From: a virus
Reading direction: 5' to 3' (one strand)
IMG/VR virus record: IMGVR_UViG_3300030114_000522
Length of the DNA: 64,000 nt
Positions 19,572-28,331 of this stretch are shown in pieces. A program made the position numbers and the translations under genes. The notes under the pieces were generated by a model, which made no database searches, had not been told where the DNA came from, and saw nothing but the letters and a program-made list of their open reading frames with translations. Position 1 is the stretch's first letter, and each line of letters starts with the position of its first letter.

Positions 19572-21635
19572 ATGAATGAAGAAATGCTTAAATTGGTTAA
19601 TAAAGTTAATAAATACTCATATGATTACTATTGTAATGACAATCCCTCAATTTCAGATAAACAATTTGATTATCTATATGATAAATTAGTAGCTATGGAA
19701 AAAGAAACAGGAATAGTATTACCAAATTCCCCAACCTTAAAAATTGGTGGAGAGATATTAAAGGGATTTAAGAAAGTAAATCACAATAATAAATTATGGT
19801 CGTTAGATAAAAGACAATCATTTGAAGAAGTGAAAGTGTGGTTGAATAAATGTGAAACTTTTGTGAAAGAATATAATGAAACTAATTTAGTTAAATTACC
19901 ACCTTTAGAATATACAATTCTTAAAAAGTTTGATGGACTCAGCGTTAAAACTAAATACATAAAAGATATTTATGTACAAGCTTCATCTCGTGGAAACGGT
20001 CTAATCGGTGAGGATTTTACAGAGCAAGTCAGGACAACAATAAATTTACCTTTAGAATTAAATCATAATGATAATATAATTAAAGATATATCCTTTCATG
20101 GCGAAGAACTTATGACTAAAAAAGCTTTTGAAGAATATAATAAAAAGGCAAGTACTCCACTCAAAAACTTAAGAAATGGTGTTGCTGGTGCTTTAAGAAA
20201 TCTAAATGTATCTGAGACTGCTAAAAGGAAACCTATTATATATTTCTATAATATAAATGAAATCAATGGTTCAAATGAACTATCGCATTTTAAAACTTAT
20301 GAACAACAATTAGAATATATGAAGCTAAGAGGTTTACCAGTAGCAGAATATGTAATTTGTAATACATATGAAGAAATTGTTCAAGCTATTAATGATATTG
20401 AGGAACAAAGACCAACTCTCGCATTCGATATTGATGGTGCAGTAATTGCAATAAATGATTTAGCTACTAGACAAGCTATGGGATATACTGAAAAGTTCCC
20501 TCGTTTTTCATTAGCTTATAAATATGAAGCAGAAGAAACAACTACAAAATTAATAGATGTAGAATGGAATGTTAGCCGATATGGTAGACTTAACCCGACT
20601 GGAATACTAGAACCTACTGATTTATGTGGAAGTACAGTTGGAAGGGCTACATTGAATAATATAGAAGATATAGAACGCAAAGGCATTAAAATAAATGCTG
20701 AAGTATTTCTAAGAAAATCAAATGACGTAATACCTGAAATAACTAGTGTTATTGACGAGAGTTTAAATAATGAAGATATTATAGATATAACTTATCCTAC
20801 TAAATGTATTTGTTGCAATAGTCCTACTGAAATTAAAAAAGATAATGAGACAAGATACTTATATTGTACCAACGATAATTGTCCTGATAAGATAATTCAA
20901 CAACTTACACATTATGCCAGTAAAGAGGCTGTCAATATTGTTGGACTATCCATCGAAACTATAAGACAATTTATCAAATATGACTTCATTAAAGAGATAA
21001 AAGACATTTATAATTTAGAACAATACAAAGAACAAATAATTAAAATACCTAAGTTTGGAATCAAGAAATATAATAACCTAATTGGAGCTATAAATAACAG
21101 TAAAGCTTGTAAATTAAATAACTTTTTATATGCTTTAGGAATCGAAGGTGTAGGAAAGAAAGCTTCTAAGAATATATGTGAATACTTTAATAATGATTTT
21201 GATAAGATTATGACCGTAGGAACGCATGAATATTTAAAGATTGAAGATATAGGAGATACAATAGCTAATTCAATAGTAGGTTATTTTAGTGAGACTAAGA
21301 CGGTTAGAAAGGTAAATGAAGTTATTGGTTATATTAATTTTATTGAGGACGAAGTAAAAGAAATAATAGTAACTCAACAGACTCTATTTCAAGGAAAGTC
21401 AGTATATCCTACGGGTGGTTTCAACATGAAGAAAGCAGAATTAAAGACATTACTTGAAAGTTTAGGTACTATAGTAGAAACGGGATATAAAGTAAAACTT
21501 GATTACCTTATTTGTGGACATGATATGTCTAAGAGTGGGAAGGATAAGAAAGCTATTGACGATAATGCTATTGGTAAAAGTAATATAACAATTATTACTG
21601 AAGATGAGTTCTTGCAAATAATTAAAGGTAATTAG
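19572..21635 (+). CDS. ligA: NAD-dependent DNA ligase
   Basis: KFDG, SRGNGLIGE, RNGVAG, DGAVI, Zn finger, HhH repeats, BRCT-like end. Confidence 0.95.
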   Translation: MNEEMLKLVNKVNKYSYDYYCNDNPSISDKQFDYLYDKLVAMEKETGIVLPNSPTLKIGGEILKGFKKVNHNNKLWSLDKRQSFEEVKVWLNKCETFVKEYNETNLVKLPPLEYTILKKFDGLSVKTKYIKDIYVQASSRGNGLIGEDFTEQVRTTINLPLELNHNDNIIKDISFHGEELMTKKAFEEYNKKASTPLKNLRNGVAGALRNLNVSETAKRKPIIYFYNINEINGSNELSHFKTYEQQLEYMKLRGLPVAEYVICNTYEEIVQAINDIEEQRPTLAFDIDGAVIAINDLATRQAMGYTEKFPRFSLAYKYEAEETTTKLIDVEWNVSRYGRLNPTGILEPTDLCGSTVGRATLNNIEDIERKGIKINAEVFLRKSNDVIPEITSVIDESLNNEDIIDITYPTKCICCNSPTEIKKDNETRYLYCTNDNCPDKIIQQLTHYASKEAVNIVGLSIETIRQFIKYDFIKEIKDIYNLEQYKEQIIKIPKFGIKKYNNLIGAINNSKACKLNNFLYALGIEGVGKKASKNICEYFNNDFDKIMTVGTHEYLKIEDIGDTIANSIVGYFSETKTVRKVNEVIGYINFIEDEVKEIIVTQQTLFQGKSVYPTGGFNMKKAELKTLLESLGTIVETGYKVKLDYLICGHDMSKSGKDKKAIDDNAIGKSNITIITEDEFLQIIKGN

Positions 21636-21648
21636 GAGGAATTATAAA

Positions 21649-21954
21649 ATGACAAACGGAGATAAAATTAGAGCAATGACAGATGAAGAATTAGCTGAAT
21701 GGCTTGATAAACAATATGACCAAGATAGAGAAGATTGGGAATCCCTTGGATGTTATAATTGCATTAATTATGGTACACATCACTATCCAAAAGACTGTGG
21801 TAATTGTGAATGGTTAGGTGGTTTATTACAATGGCTTAAAAGAGAAGTTAAAACAAAGATTTGTGATATATGTAATACAAAAATAACAGAAACAGAATTT
21901 AAAAATAATGATGGATATTGCCATGAATGTTTTATTAAATTTATTAAGAAATAA
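21649..21954 (+). CDS. Cys-rich hypothetical protein
   Basis: MTNGDKIRAMTDEELAEWL start common in Firmicute phage proteins; several CxxC. Confidence 0.65.
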   Translation: MTNGDKIRAMTDEELAEWLDKQYDQDREDWESLGCYNCINYGTHHYPKDCGNCEWLGGLLQWLKREVKTKICDICNTKITETEFKNNDGYCHECFIKFIKK

Positions 21955-21972
21955 AAGGAGAGTGAATAAATC

Positions 21973-22173
21973 ATGATAAAGTGGATTGTTAAAAGACATT
22001 TAAATAAGAAATATAAATATTTAAAATTTCAAATATTGAGTCTAGAACAGGAATTAGGATATGCAGATGATAATGAAATTGAACCTAATGAAATTCAAAG
22101 ATTATTAATTGTACATGAAGACACTGTAAAAAGTATAAATGCTTTGGAACGTATTTTAAATAAAATTGTATAG
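21973..22173 (+). CDS. hypothetical protein
   Basis: 66 aa, SD AAGGAG. Confidence 0.6.
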   Translation: MIKWIVKRHLNKKYKYLKFQILSLEQELGYADDNEIEPNEIQRLLIVHEDTVKSINALERILNKIV

Positions 22174-22230
22174 TTATCAAAACCACATGAAACTTAAATT
22201 CTATCGCAATATTAGAAAGGGGAGAATAAT

Positions 22231-22698
22231 ATGAAATTAAGAAAAGAAATTAATACATTAGGTGGTGGAGGATACAATATATTTCTTAAAATAGGACAAA
22301 GGGAACAATATAGTTAGTTTAGTTCACCTCCAAATAGTATATCTCATGTTGGACTAGGTTATTTAAATGATAGATATCCAATGATAACTACAGAAATAAA
22401 AAGGAAACAATTTTTCGCCTTATATAATAATTTATGGATTGAAATTACAGATTATCAAAAAGAACTAATGCAACATTGTATTGGATTAGGTAGAAGTAAA
22501 AAGCCATATAGGAATTATTTCTTTACTCAGGAAGACGATAAGGATTGGAATGAATTAGTAGAGAAAAGATTAGCAATAAAAGGTACTAAACATCCTAATG
22601 GCGATGAATTTATTTATTTTTGGTTAACTAAACAAGGAGTCGAATTTGTTTTAGAAAAATCTATTAGTGATAAAGTGTATAAAGATTTTAGAGATTAA
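22231..22698 (+). pseudogene. hypothetical gene with in-frame TAG at 22315-22317
   Basis: SD AAGGGGAG + ATG 22231 is in frame with ORF 22381-22698; one internal stop. Confidence 0.55.
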
Positions 22699-22722
22699 AA
22701 AATAAGGAGATGATAAACAACA

Positions 22723-22830
22723 ATGATAATTCTTATAATTTCATATATCGTAATATCAGTAATAGCACTAGTATTCATGCGAGGTTCACGTATTTATAAC
22801 GAAGAAGATATAAAGGATAATATTAAATAA
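22723..22830 (+). CDS. 35-aa single-TM peptide
   Basis: SD AAGGAG upstream; hydrophobic N-half. Confidence 0.45.
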   Translation: MIILIISYIVISVIALVFMRGSRIYNEEDIKDNIK

Positions 22831-22844
22831 TAAATAAACTACAA

Positions 22845-22891
22845 AACATATTAAAATAATACTTTACTTTATGGAAAATATGTTGTATTAT
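22845..22891 (+). promoter_or_regulatory. sigma-A promoter with upstream motif
   Basis: TTTACT 22863, 17 bp, TATTAT 22886; TATTAAA at 22849. Confidence 0.6.
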
Positions 22892-22927
22892 ATAAAAAGA
22901 GGGAAAATTGAGAGGGGATAGATTAAA

Positions 22928-23221
22928 ATGATAGCAAATTGTATAGAAAACACAAACTTAGAGGAAATGAATCAATCGGAACTTTCAAGTTTCATATCAG
23001 AATTTAAAGAATATATGGAAAGTGAAAAAAGGGTTAAAGAAATAATGCAATATAAAATAAGAGAATTAAAAGCTGATAATGAATCATTACATATCAAACT
23101 GGGAAATAAAATTGATAGCGAAATTGAAACTGATAATAGTAAAAGTGGGTATAAGGAGGAGCAATTTGAGGAACTTGAAAGAGGTTACACAGAAGAATAC
23201 GCTAAATCATGTTACTGTTAG
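22928..23221 (+). CDS. hypothetical coiled-coil protein
   Basis: 97 aa, SD GAGGGG. Confidence 0.65.
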   Translation: MIANCIENTNLEEMNQSELSSFISEFKEYMESEKRVKEIMQYKIRELKADNESLHIKLGNKIDSEIETDNSKSGYKEEQFEELERGYTEEYAKSCYC

Positions 23222-23271
23222 ATATTAAATAATTAATTAGAATAATAATAAATAGAATTGAGGAAATAAAT

Positions 23272-23964
23272 ATGAAAATTGAAAATACAGAAGTTTATGG
23301 ATTTAAAAGAAGCTTTAGCGGAATGAGGAATCCTAAGAACTCGTGGTCATTAAGTGATAGTTATAATGGGTTACTATTAAATAGTCACAATGTTAACATA
23401 GAAGGATTTATTCTCGGAGAAAAAGATTTAAAACTAGCACAAACATTAATACAAGCTGGTAGTGAACATTGCAAATTCATGAGGCAAATACAAGTATGGT
23501 GTGATATTACTGCACCTAGATACTTTTGGAGTGAATTTGACACATATAAAATAGGAATTAGTACTAACTCAACTTCAACAATGCATAAATTATTTGATAA
23601 GAATACAGAAATAACTTTAGATATATTTGAATGTAATTTAGAATTAGAAAAACAATCAATATCAAACATAATAGAAAAATTAAATAGATTAAGGGATAGT
23701 TATTTTGAATCTAAAAATCAACAAGATAAAGATTTTGTATTATCTTCAGCAAAAAGAATATTACCAGAATCTTATCTAAATATGAGAAGTATTAATATGA
23801 ATTATGCAGTTATTAGAAATATAGTATCTCAGAGAAAACATCATAGACTTAAATATGAATGGCAAGATATATTTTGTGGCTGGGCTACTAAGTTACCTTA
23901 TGCAAAGGAATTAATATTTTGTGGGATTAAAAGTGATTATGATAGATTGATAGGAGCTGAATAG
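23272..23964 (+). CDS. ThyX-like (FAD-dependent thymidylate synthase fold) protein
   Basis: EHCKFMR, ITAPRYFWSEFDTY, ILPESY, RKHHRL..EW pattern resembling phage ThyX-like proteins. Confidence 0.55.
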   Translation: MKIENTEVYGFKRSFSGMRNPKNSWSLSDSYNGLLLNSHNVNIEGFILGEKDLKLAQTLIQAGSEHCKFMRQIQVWCDITAPRYFWSEFDTYKIGISTNSTSTMHKLFDKNTEITLDIFECNLELEKQSISNIIEKLNRLRDSYFESKNQQDKDFVLSSAKRILPESYLNMRSINMNYAVIRNIVSQRKHHRLKYEWQDIFCGWATKLPYAKELIFCGIKSDYDRLIGAE

Positions 23965-23965
23965 C

Positions 23966-24187
23966 ATGGTTAATGTAAAACAACTCCAAATGTTAAACTT
24001 AAGCTTATCAATGTTATTTGGTAAGTCTCCAAAAATAAGATATATTTGTGGAAAATGTAACGGATATAATGAAACTAGAATATCAGTAGCTTCGGTGGAA
24101 ATGGGTTATCCATATGTTACATGTATTCATTGTGGTGAAACTAATGATACTGGATTAACTTTAGGTAAATTAGGAGATGAAAATTAA
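23966..24187 (+). CDS. Zn-ribbon protein
   Basis: CGKC and CIHC; SD AGGAG. Confidence 0.65.
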   Translation: MVNVKQLQMLNLSLSMLFGKSPKIRYICGKCNGYNETRISVASVEMGYPYVTCIHCGETNDTGLTLGKLGDEN

Positions 24188-24240
24188 AGCAAATAAATGT
24201 ATAATTTTATCACAAGTTTAACAGATTAAAATAATAGTAA

Positions 24241-24423
24241 ATGAGAGGTATTAATATTATGTATAGAGTAAAAATTAAAGAATCAGTAGACGATTTACAG
24301 TTTATAAGAGATTGTGGTGGATTAGATACAACCACGGTTTATACAGTAAGTGAAAATGACAATGGACTTTATGAAATTCATGGTTTTGAGTTCGAAGAAC
24401 ATGAATTAGAATTTTTAGATTAA
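24241..24423 (+). CDS. hypothetical protein
   Basis: ORF; likely start ATG 24259 after GAGGT. Confidence 0.5.
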   Translation: MRGINIMYRVKIKESVDDLQFIRDCGGLDTTTVYTVSENDNGLYEIHGFEFEEHELEFLD

Positions 24424-24439
24424 TAAATTAAACAGGAGA

Positions 24440-24634
24440 GTGAAAATAATGACCAATAACAACGATATAATAGCTGACCTAACAATTCTATCAAAATATA
24501 TAGGAACGCTTAAAACAAGGGCAGATACGTACCATAGTCAATGTAATGATGGTATGGAATTAGGTAGTGGATACGCTTTTAGTATTTGTATTAAAGAGAT
24601 TGATAAGATATTAAATAAATATAAAGGAGAATAG
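24440..24634 (+). CDS. hypothetical protein
   Basis: 64 aa, SD AGGAG. Confidence 0.55.
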   Translation: MKIMTNNNDIIADLTILSKYIGTLKTRADTYHSQCNDGMELGSGYAFSICIKEIDKILNKYKGE

Positions 24635-24638
24635 ATTA

Positions 24639-25664
24639 ATGAATATAAATATAAATAAATTGGCAAAAGAATTAACTGGGGAAGAATTTTTAAAAGAATA
24701 TGCTTATGATAATGGATGCCCTAGTGAACATGGTATAACCAATGATGAGTGTGATTGTGGCGAAATAAGTTGTAGGGATTGTTGGAATAGAGTAGTAAAG
24801 GATATTCAGTTCAAGGACGATAAACAATTGATATTTGACCTCGAGGAATATAAATCAAAAGACATAGCAATCAATTGTGAAACTGAGGAAGAAGCTAGAG
24901 AATTCTTTAATATACTAATTATGAATGGTATTGATAAATGGAGGGGTGGAGAGAAACTGGATAATAACCAGGGTTATTGGATTTTTCATAAACAAGACAC
25001 TTGCTATTGTTACATAGATAATAATGAAATAGTATATGCAAATAAAGACTGGACTCAAAATAAAATATACAAATTTAAAGATATAGACTTCAGTAATGTA
25101 TATAATAAAGAATCTATTGATAATGTTGCTTTGAATAAAGTAAATGAATTTGACATTACCAAAGTAAAATCTATAACAAGAGAACAATTAGATGCTCGTG
25201 GTTTTAAAACCGGTGATATATTGTTTTTAAGTGATAAACGATATGGACTTATTATATATGATAGAATTTCTTATTTATGTTCATCGGGGTTTGATTATAT
25301 AAAAACTATACAATTTATTATTTCAGGTATAATTCCAATAGAGAATCAAAAGGATATAGCTGGTCGTATTTCTTGGTTTATACAAGATAGATTATATGAC
25401 AATATAAAACGATTTGTAATTACTATACAAAATAAACAAGTAACTATATGCATAGTACAATTTGTTGCAGATACAGAAACTACTAAAGAATTTGTATTGG
25501 AAACCGATGTTAGATTTTTAGATATTCCTAAAAATGGAGATATTATTGAATGTAAAGTTGGAAGTGATGATACTTGGCAATATGCAAGAGTTAAAGAAAT
25601 AGAGAAAAGAGAATTAACTGAAAATGAAATTAAATTATATAGAAAATGCAGAAAATTAAGTTAA
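24639..25664 (+). CDS. hypothetical phage protein
   Basis: 341 aa, N-terminal Cys cluster, SD AAGGAG. Confidence 0.7.
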   Translation: MNININKLAKELTGEEFLKEYAYDNGCPSEHGITNDECDCGEISCRDCWNRVVKDIQFKDDKQLIFDLEEYKSKDIAINCETEEEAREFFNILIMNGIDKWRGGEKLDNNQGYWIFHKQDTCYCYIDNNEIVYANKDWTQNKIYKFKDIDFSNVYNKESIDNVALNKVNEFDITKVKSITREQLDARGFKTGDILFLSDKRYGLIIYDRISYLCSSGFDYIKTIQFIISGIIPIENQKDIAGRISWFIQDRLYDNIKRFVITIQNKQVTICIVQFVADTETTKEFVLETDVRFLDIPKNGDIIECKVGSDDTWQYARVKEIEKRELTENEIKLYRKCRKLS

Positions 25665-25703
25665 AACGAAATAAAATATTAAAGAAAAGGAGGAGGAATT
25701 TAA

Positions 25704-25865
25704 ATGGAACGTAAATTTGACAGTAGAGCATTTTATCAAATGAGTAAAATTCAACATGAAATAGAAGATAAATTAAAGCAAGCAAGAGGAAATGCTAATG
25801 CTGAAGAAAGTTTTAAAGAACAGTTAAAGATAATTAATAGGTGTATTAATACTTTATATCTTTAA
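25704..25865 (+). CDS. small hypothetical protein (53 aa), last gene of the + arm
   Basis: SD AGGAGGAGG, ATG 25704, TAA 25863-25865. Confidence 0.6.
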   Translation: MERKFDSRAFYQMSKIQHEIEDKLKQARGNANAEESFKEQLKIINRCINTLYL

Positions 25866-25879
25866 TTTTATGAGAAAAA

Positions 25880-25945
25880 ATAAGGGAGTCAATATATTGT
25901 ATCAATGCAATTAAGCAGAAATATTATATATTGACTCCCATTTAT
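25880..25945. terminator. long hairpin closing the + arm
   Basis: GGGAGTCAATATA...TATATTGACTCCC inverted repeat. Confidence 0.6.
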
Positions 25946-25951
25946 TGGCTA

Positions 25952-26110
25952 TTGAAAAGTGTTTATTTATTTGTTATAATTAAGTTGGAACTAAAATCGG
26001 TATTCATTGATATATTGACTATTCGCAAAGTTTGTATATCGAAAAGAGAGAAAAATAGAGTAATATAACATTTTCTCAATTACGAGATTAGTTATATTAC
26101 TCTATTTTAA
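25952..26110 (+). ncRNA. candidate small RNA unit 1 (promoter to terminator, no ORF with SD)
   Basis: TTGAAA-17-TGtTATAAT; 18-bp stem 26052-26069/26091-26108. Confidence 0.4.
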
Positions 26111-26127
26111 TTTATTATTATAATTTG

Positions 26128-26224
26128 TTGACTTATTTTTATTTATGTAGTATTATTTAATTGAGAGATAGTCGTAGTTGGTTGTTATTATTTCTTATTG
26201 AGATTACGAAAGTAGTCTCTTTTT
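26128..26224 (+). ncRNA. candidate small RNA unit 2
   Basis: TTGACT-17-TATTAT; GAGATTAC-GAAA-GTAGTCTC-TTTTT terminator. Confidence 0.35.
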
Positions 26225-26627
26225 ATTTTAATCCAAGATATGTTAAAATTCCACCTAAAACACCAGTAGCTAATGTACCTACAACTCCCCAAAATTGCTT
26301 TGTTTTATAAAACTTAATTTTCATATTTTCTGTTATTTGTTTTTCCTGTAATTTGCCTTGAGTACATTCTTTTTCCTTAAAATAGTTCAACATATCTTTT
26401 GTAAAACTATTTAGCATATTTTGTTGCTTTTCTGATTGTTTCATAGCTTCTTTAGATTGTTCTGACATCATCAATTTAATTTCTGCTTGAGATTTTCCAA
26501 TCGAACTGAGTTCTATTCTTTGAGCAACATCAGACTCCTCCAATCTTCTTAATCTATTTTCATGGTCAGTTAACTGTCTTTCAATATAATTATTTTCGTC
26601 CATAATTATAAAAACTCCTTTCAACAT
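26223..26627 (-). CDS. XhlA-like membrane protein (lysis accessory)
   Basis: DHENRLRRLEE coiled coil plus C-terminal TM helix; likely start ATG 26603 after AAGGAG. Confidence 0.6.
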   Translation of the reverse strand: MLKGVFIIMDENNYIERQLTDHENRLRRLEESDVAQRIELSSIGKSQAEIKLMMSEQSKEAMKQSEKQQNMLNSFTKDMLNYFKEKECTQGKLQEKQITENMKIKFYKTKQFWGVVGTLATGVLGGILTYLGLK

Positions 26628-26906
26628 TTATTTGTTTATTTTTTTATTCATTGTTGTCACTATCCTTTCTTTAGATTAATTTTCTTTTGTGCTTTTATAA
26701 TAGGAATTTAATCATTAGGTTTGCTAATTTTTTATTCTAAAATATTTTACCTTTTATATTTAATTTGATTTGTAGATTAATCCTGTAGACTTTTCTATGG
26801 GATTAATTTTTGTTTTGGTTATTTTTGAATTTTTAAGGTCGTGTATGCTAGAGTATGCTTCCATATGCTACTGTTTTTGAGGGGTATTTTGGGTAAAATT
26901 AAGATT

Positions 26907-28307
26907 TTAAAATCTTTTACTGCCAAAAGAACTAGATTGAGTTTCTGCAATAATAAAAGTATTAATAATATCTTCCTCATCAACCTTTTCATCTTTAATT
27001 TCTTTTTTAGCAGATATCTTTTTAATTTGCTTCTTTATTTCATCTCTAATTTCAGTGCTAGATTTAGGTTTTTGATAAAAAGCAAGAGTGGTCGAAACGT
27101 CCTTCATTTATATATTCATATAGGTTCGTTAACTCCTATATCGTTCTCTAATGAACTGCTTATGATTTCCCATAAGATTAGACTATATCACTCTCCTAAA
27201 TTAATAGGAGACTCACCATTTCCACATACTTATGTGTACTTCCCGAAGGAATAGTCGTTAGGCTTTTATAATTAAAAATTACTTTTAATTAATTTAGCAC
27301 GGTAGGTTAGCATGTCTTTTTAAAGATTTAGCCTTCCCCGTATTAAGCGAGTTATTCGAAATGGATTACTCCATTAAGCCACAAGTTTTAGGTTTATGGT
27401 TTAAATATCGACTGACTAAAGATGGGTCTATTCCATTGTTTAACATTGTATTTGAAGCGGTCTTTCTGATACAATGTGGATGGAAGTCTTCAAGCCCTAT
27501 GATTGTTCCTATTTTCTTAACCCTTGTATATAAATTTCCTTTAGACATTCTATTATATTGTTGTGAATACCGACTGATAAATAAAGCATCAATTTCTAAA
27601 TTGTCCATCTTTTCTTTTCTTATTTCTAACCATGCCATAATCAATTCTTTTGTATTGTCATTAAATGACACATCTACGTGATAGCCTTCTTTTTCTCTAA
27701 TATCTTTGAAACAACAATTATCTAAATCCATACTTGATAATGTAAGTTTTTCAATTGCTCCAAGTCTATTAGCTGAATCCAACATTACATTCCATAAAAC
27801 TAAATCTAATAAATCAAACTTATTATCTTTATTTTCTACTAGTCCAGTTTGTATTTGTTGAATTTCATCATCATTTAAAAAATAAGCATTAGTTATATGC
27901 TCATCTCTAGCACCTTTCATTCTATCTAATTGTTGAAATGGATGGTATTTAATTTCTTTTCTCTTTACACTCCATAGATAAAAACTAGATACCGAAGATA
28001 TCTTTGTATTTATAACCTTTTTATTATTCTGTAATTTATCTTGACAAAAACTCATAAAAGATTCCATTATATCTATTGAGTTAGTCATAAAATCTTCTGA
28101 ATATAAGTCAATATTATCCCATTCTTCTGCTAGGAAAACTAAAAATTGATTGAAATAGTTGGCATAAATTTTATACGTGCTATCTTTTACATCTTTATTG
28201 CGTATGATATTGCTTTTTAGGTATTTATCATATTTCTTCTGATTATCCTCATCTACTAAATCATTCTTTTCTTTAGTAAAATAATGTATGTGTACGCTTT
28301 TACCCAT
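26907..28307 (-). CDS. tyrosine recombinase, spliced: exons 28307-27396 and 27104-26907, 369 aa
   Basis: SANR, EKEG, HPHCIRK; junction YLNH/KDVSTTLAFY restores the H and catalytic Y motif. Confidence 0.88.
27105..27395 (-). ncRNA. ORF-less group I intron, 291 nt (IA2-like), copy A
   Basis: P1 CCAU/GUGG with U.G; P7 GACUAU/AUAGUC; P7.1 and P7.2 hairpins; ends AAAUG; removal restores the frame. Confidence 0.9.
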
Positions 28308-28331
28308 TGTTATATCAATTCCTTTCGTTAT

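Noticed and set aside
138-25187. Short minus-strand ORFs within left-arm genes (e.g. 138-338, 4472-4813, 16061-16459)
   Set aside because: Fully overlap well-supported plus-strand genes; typical antisense artefacts.
26907-27107. 66-aa ORF as an independent gene
   Set aside because: It is exon 2 of the recombinase; its ATG is the last three bases of the intron.
26841-27681. Plus-strand ORFs 26841-27254 and 27361-27681
   Set aside because: Antisense shadows of the recombinase exons and intron; no SD or recognisable motifs.
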